Origin: Phoronis australis
Taxonomy: Eukaryota; Animalia; Phoronida
Reading direction: 5' to 3'
Assembly (NCBI GenBank): GCA_002633005.1
Contig: NMRA01000216.1
Location: 177,499-241,498, forward strand
DNA length: 64,000 nucleotides
Notes under the pieces: generated by a model
Told to the model about the DNA's origin: nothing
What the model saw: only the letters and a program-made list of their open reading frames with translations
The model's database searches: none
Translations under genes and position numbers: made by a program
Part shown: one piece after another, positions 51,333 through 64,000 of the stretch
Layout of the letters: each line of letters starts with the position of its first letter
Numbering within the stretch: position 1 is the first letter of the stretch

Positions 51333-51610
51333 TAGTACACTTTAGGTCTCGCGACGGACCAGGCCAGCTTGATTTGTGTAGATGTTGAGTTTCAGTGTAC
51401 TTCTGGTCCCTCGGCGAACTAGTCTTGTGATTTTTTTTACCAAAGTGTGCTTTGTAAAACTATTTATCTCAGCCAGTACTGTTTGGTCCCGCGACAGATC
51501 GACTATTTTTATAGGGATAATAAGCACAGGTGTACTCTTGGTCTCGTGACGGACCAGGTCAGCTTTTTGTGTACTCTCAGTGTACATCTGGTCCCTCTGC
51601 AAACTAGTCC
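51333..51610. repeat. Degenerate higher-order tandem repeat (gtact..tggtcYc subunits)
   Basis: ggtctcgYgacggaccaggYcagctt...cagtgtacWtctggtccctc..cRaactagtc occurs twice, with an extra subunit in between. Confidence 0.65.
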
Positions 51611-52147
51611 AGTGTATCTTTTCACCACTGTGCACAGGATGATTTGGTTTCGTGAAACTGTTTTCAGATGATTTGTTTCCTGATAGATTTGACGTTTTTC
51701 AATTGTTATCAACGTGATTCAGCTTAATAAAGTGATACCTAATTATTTATTGTCGCTTTTAATAATAGACTATGAGTTGAGAGCACCATCGTTCGCCAGT
51801 TTTCTCGTAACGAGACAGAACACATGTTTATTTCCGGACTAACAGTACAGGTCTTCGTTCTTAAACAACTTGAGGCTGCTGTTACGCGATCATCTGGTAT
51901 TCAAGTTTTTACGCCCCGTCGGTGCTCCTTAATTATGCTCTTGAATATTTGGAAATTGTCTAAACCCATGTATACACACCACACTTTTTCGTATACGACT
52001 TTTCGTATGCTAAAAAAGGTGTGTGTAAGCAGATGTTCCAACAAAAATTTTTGCTGGTGCCGTGACTCATACCCAGATGTGCACAAATGGTTTCACGAAA
52101 CTTATATGCCAAGTTCATGTGACGAAATCGAGAAGGGTTTTTAATTA

Positions 52148-53025
52148 CAGCACACATCACGAATTTTTGTCCGACTTGTCGGAAATTAGTCGACGACCGG
52201 CCCTCGACCGGTCGTCTAGCCGCGCAGCAGCCGACCAACAACGGTCGGCTAGTAGCCGTCTGCTGAGTCGCCTTTGTGGGTTGGCTAAGTGGTCGCCTAG
52301 CGTAGACGATTAAGCGTGTCCTTGGTCGGCAGTTACCATTTTATGACTCAGCTGGTGAACTTTGGACAAACGTTGCAAACATTTAACTGTTCGCTGTTCG
52401 TTTACCAGTGGCAACTCCGATCTTGACATCGGTTTATCAACTTTTGTTCAGCTATTGAAAGGAGGTAAAATCGAATCAACCTACAAATACGAAGTGCGTG
52501 ACATTTCGCCAGCCTAAAACCTTATGGCGAATTAATGACGCCGTGGTAAAATCAAACGTTAAGTGATATCGCGGAAGCATAATTTCTAATTTTAGATATG
52601 AGACTTTTTATACAGTACAGTTATGCGTCAAAACAAGCACGAAATTTGAAATTTACAGTGAAATTGCATAAAAATCAGAATACAACACTGGATATTTTAC
52701 GACCTCAAATGTTTTCATGCCGCGGAATGCTCAACAAGTAGCACGCATTTGCGCTCATCTGTTATTGCTCTTGATCATCACTTCATCATGTATATTGCGC
52801 TTTACCACAGATAATTATTGTTTATTTCTGTATAATTTCTTAATATGTTGGTACAGCAATAGAACCCAAGTTTATTTTAGGAACAACATAAACAATGGTA
52901 TGAACATAGTGCCGATATTAAGTCATGGGCGCATGGAAACGAAAGACTGTGATCGGTTTATCATCCATCATCCATCATCATGAAATTGTCACTTTCGCAG
53001 TCATCTTTTCGAAGCTAGAGCCATC
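52148..53025 (+). mobile_element. Truncated second copy of the left end of the 41788-48315 element
   Basis: Collinear high identity with 41788-~42700, preceded by TA; no right TIR found. Confidence 0.85.
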
Positions 53026-53412
53026 TAGCTTAAGAAAAACTCCAGAGACATGCTAAGTGCCAGAAACTTACCAGGATGCATGGAAATTTCACTATTTGGC
53101 TACAAAAACAAGAAAAAATCTTACGGCGAGAGGGGAAACCGGCCTAGAGCCCGACCTCCCCCCGCCGCTCGGCGCCACGCGCCTAGGATCGACTTTGACA
53201 GGAATCCTAAACCCCCCTTGCTGAAAACGTAGATCCGCCACTGCGGTCCCTATATCATGCCTTTGCGCCAAGTAAACAGGCACTATGAAATCAGCACCTA
53301 GACTAATTTAGTTATACTGAGTCTTCCAGTACTGGGGCAGGCCGAGTGTGCCGGAAGGCGGCTTCGCGGCATGCAGCCCCACCCTTTAGCCAAGACGACC
53401 CTCACGGGGACC

Positions 53413-53492
53413 TCACCTGGTTCCCGGGCCTCACAAGCTGACGTCACGGATTGCTTGTGAACCAATCTCGAGGGTCTGTACAGGAGACTACT
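53413..53492. mobile_element. 80-bp mini-element with CRE, flanked by 8-bp direct repeat
   Basis: cggggacc at 53405-53412 and 53493-53500; TGACGTCA at 53439-53446; homologous to 37662-37728. Confidence 0.65.
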
Positions 53493-53895
53493 CGGGGACC
53501 GTCCCGTCGTACACCGCGAAGCGGCCGCCGGCCGCGGCATGCCGCCCGTGCCTAAAACTTAGAATCTCTCCCGGCTAAACACCCTTTCAATACATATTGG
53601 TTCTATTGTGCTAAAACAAAATTAAATTCATTTAATATAACACCGTAGTTTGACTGAAACTGTGGTCGGCGTCTGAGGTTAATTCTACTGAATTAGCCGA
53701 AACAAGGAGTGGGGAATACTACATTCCTCGAGCCGAAAGGACACCGAACACACGAATTTCAACAAAAGAACATCTCACTACGGAAACCGTCACGTCTCGC
53801 GTGACTCTTCGAGACGTGGTTGTCAACCAAAATTGAAATCAATACAATTTGTCCTGAAACGTTTGAATAAAGGACTTCTCGATTTTCGTACCACG

Positions 53896-61851
<7,956 letters not shown>

Positions 61852-62355
61852 GCTGCGCTTGTCTGGAGAAGTTTGCCCGTGTTGACAGTGAAGTTATGAA
61901 ACCATTTCCCCCTCCAAATTTTTGTCGGATTTCAACTTCTGCGTCAATAGGCTATTTTCAAATTGAAAGAAAATGGCAATAATGCCGTTTCCACATGCTT
62001 ATATCTGGCTTAAAAAGTTTGGCTTGTCGTAGTCGTTTTAGACTTACACATTTTCTTTTCATTTATGTGTATTTCATTTTTTGTTTTAAAACTTTAACTG
62101 GCAAAAAACAAAGTGAGTGGGTAAGGCTGTCAGGAAATTACTTCTGTTCCGAGATTGCTCACTGGTGTAAATCAGTAGCTGTTTGTAGATAAGTGTAAAA
62201 AGCAAATTGTCATTTGGCAGCGACATGTAAACAAATTTTGTTACAATCTTAAGCATTGGTTTCTACATTATTAACATTCTGTACGAGTTACATGAACTTC
62301 ATCTCAATTTACCTGGACTGTAATACTATCGCGTGTTTCTCATTTTTGCCACCAG

Positions 62356-62426
62356 GTAGCTCCACATTACGATGGGAAAACAAGACCATGTACGTGGTTG
62401 TTAGTGTTTTTGGGTTAGCGATTTGA
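62356..62426 (+). CDS. DYNLT1: Alternative duplicated last exon (5b) of DYNLT
   Basis: Acceptor tttctcatttttgccaccag; phase 1; 71 nt, the same as exon 5a; encodes (G)[22 protein letters not shown]. Confidence 0.85.
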
Positions 62427-62746
62427 AGATTGATCTGTAAACTTCTGTTGACATCACAACACACAGACATATGCCATTCAGTTATGAGGTATATGCACAA
62501 ATATGCCTTCGGTGGAATTTGAAGCTTGTATGTATTTGTTCCACGTAATGACCGACTTTTATTTTCATACTTGTAACTAGGTTTACTCAAACACAAAACA
62601 TTTCCATAGAGTTGAGTAAACTTCTAACTAGTTCTAGTTGTAAAGACTTTATCTTTATTTGTTCTGTAAATACCTGTTGGAGCCTCAATGTATCATTTTC
62701 TAACCCACCAAACTCGTTATGGAGGCTATATTTATGTTTGTGTATC

Positions 62747-62865
62747 AATAAACTATAAAACCAATAGATCTTCCAGTCTGATTTCTCCAATAAATATTCT
62801 CTAAATGCAGATAACTTTCGACAGAGGTGTATTGACAGAGGTGTATTGACGAAGATTTGAATAAA
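62747..62865 (+). terminator. Cluster of AATAAA polyadenylation signals after DYNLT exon 5b
   Basis: AATAAA at ~62747, ~62789 and ~62860; none between exons 5a and 5b. Confidence 0.4.
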
Positions 62866-64000
62866 ACTTGAATTAGTTAAACATATCTATTTACCAGTCA
62901 AATCTTCGCCAAACTCGAACTAACTTTTTATTCGTTCTCAGTTATGTACACTTGTCTCTTCAAGACAGTCAGATTTGAGCCTACTCCAACAAGCTTACTT
63001 ATAATTTATTCATGGTATTCACTTGATATTTTGTTGCTCAAAACATTGCGTCCCAGTCACCACAAACAAACCCTTGAACCTTGCAGAAGGTTACTTAGCC
63101 AAGACGAACGAGCTCTTTTTCACTAAAAAGTCAAATTTAATGCAATTTCCCCTAACACTAAAACAGCGACTTTATTGTGACATTTCGAAGCAGTGGAATC
63201 TAAAAATACATTCTTCAGAACACATTTGCAAAAAAGCAAAATAACGTATTTCCTGAGTAAGCTCAAGGCCTTGCAAGCGATTAGGCCTACTAGGAAAATT
63301 GCTACCATTGAAATGATTGCTCGCCAAGGCTGGAATGTTATGTTGAATATGGAAGAAAATTAAAAGATTTTCGTTACATCAGCGAAGTTTCTTTAGTCTC
63401 ATAGTAAAGGAACCCTGCCTTGTATCCTCAAGATAAAGTTGGTGTGATTGTCTGACTGCACACATTTGAGTATTGCCTATCACAACTTAGGGACATCATC
63501 GATAAGTTTCTCACTTTTATCAAGAACCAGATAAAAATGTTAAAACATTACTGTTTTCAAAAATCAAGAGTGTCTTTAATAACAGCAGAATTATTTAAAC
63601 AATGACATTCCATTGGCATAGCCAGAAGTATACAACAGGATGGGAGCAAATGCAAAACAACCTACCACGTCTCTAAGTAAGTGATCATCTTATACTATAA
63701 CAGATAACATTGCACACTAAACAACAACCAACACCCAAACCATGCCTGCCAGTTTGGCCACTTAACGAACAAAATGTACAGCACCACAACATCACATACA
63801 ATCAAGCACCAAACATTGCCAGAGACTGACAAACAATGGAAGTATCACAACAAAGCTTATTTGAAAGCTTCAATTAGGAAAACAAATATTAAAAATTTTT
63901 TGTTACAATTAAACTCGCGCAAGTCCAATCCAACCGGACCAAGGGAATAGATCCAAATAAGGCACAATCCACTTTCTTAAAAGATATTAAAATATCTTTT

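Larger units (their letters stand above)
49962..53243. mobile_element. Internally deleted hAT transposon (3.3 kb)
   Basis: 16-bp TIRs cggtggcggatctacg / cgtagatccgccactg (1 mismatch) enclose a transposase relic and a nested truncated TIR element. Confidence 0.7.

Noticed and set aside
62309-62596. 95-aa minus-strand ORF
   Set aside because: It is antisense to DYNLT exon 5b, which explains the coding-like signal on the plus strand.

Overview
Eukaryotic, intron-rich genomic DNA from an animal, probably a marine invertebrate (inferred from gene content and repeat types; the species cannot be determined). Five spliced protein-coding genes can be rebuilt by hand with GT-AG introns and consistent phases: (1) a secreted PAN/apple + olfactomedin protein (-, 3819-7521, 3 exons); (2) an ankyrin-repeat + C2-domain protein with a long disordered tail (-, 11307-19337, 6 coding exons); (3) CTDNEP1/Dullard phosphatase, head-to-head with gene 2 (+, 20956-33960, 7 exons); (4) a fatty acid-binding protein (+, 39243-41392, 4 exons); (5) dynein light chain Tctex-1/DYNLT (+, 53896-61851, 5 exons). 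The most notable signal is a second, intact copy of the DYNLT last exon (62356-62426). It is absent from the ORF track, is heavily diverged at synonymous sites, and replaces both conserved cysteines, which suggests an alternatively spliced C-terminus. The 41.6-53.5 kb interval is a nest of DNA transposons, an RTE-like LINE fragment, a SINE and a hAT transposase relic. Introns carry several hairpin/MITE families, including one with compensatory stem changes and a 670-bp foldback with an 8-bp target-site duplication. Most short ORFs in the supplied track are spurious.
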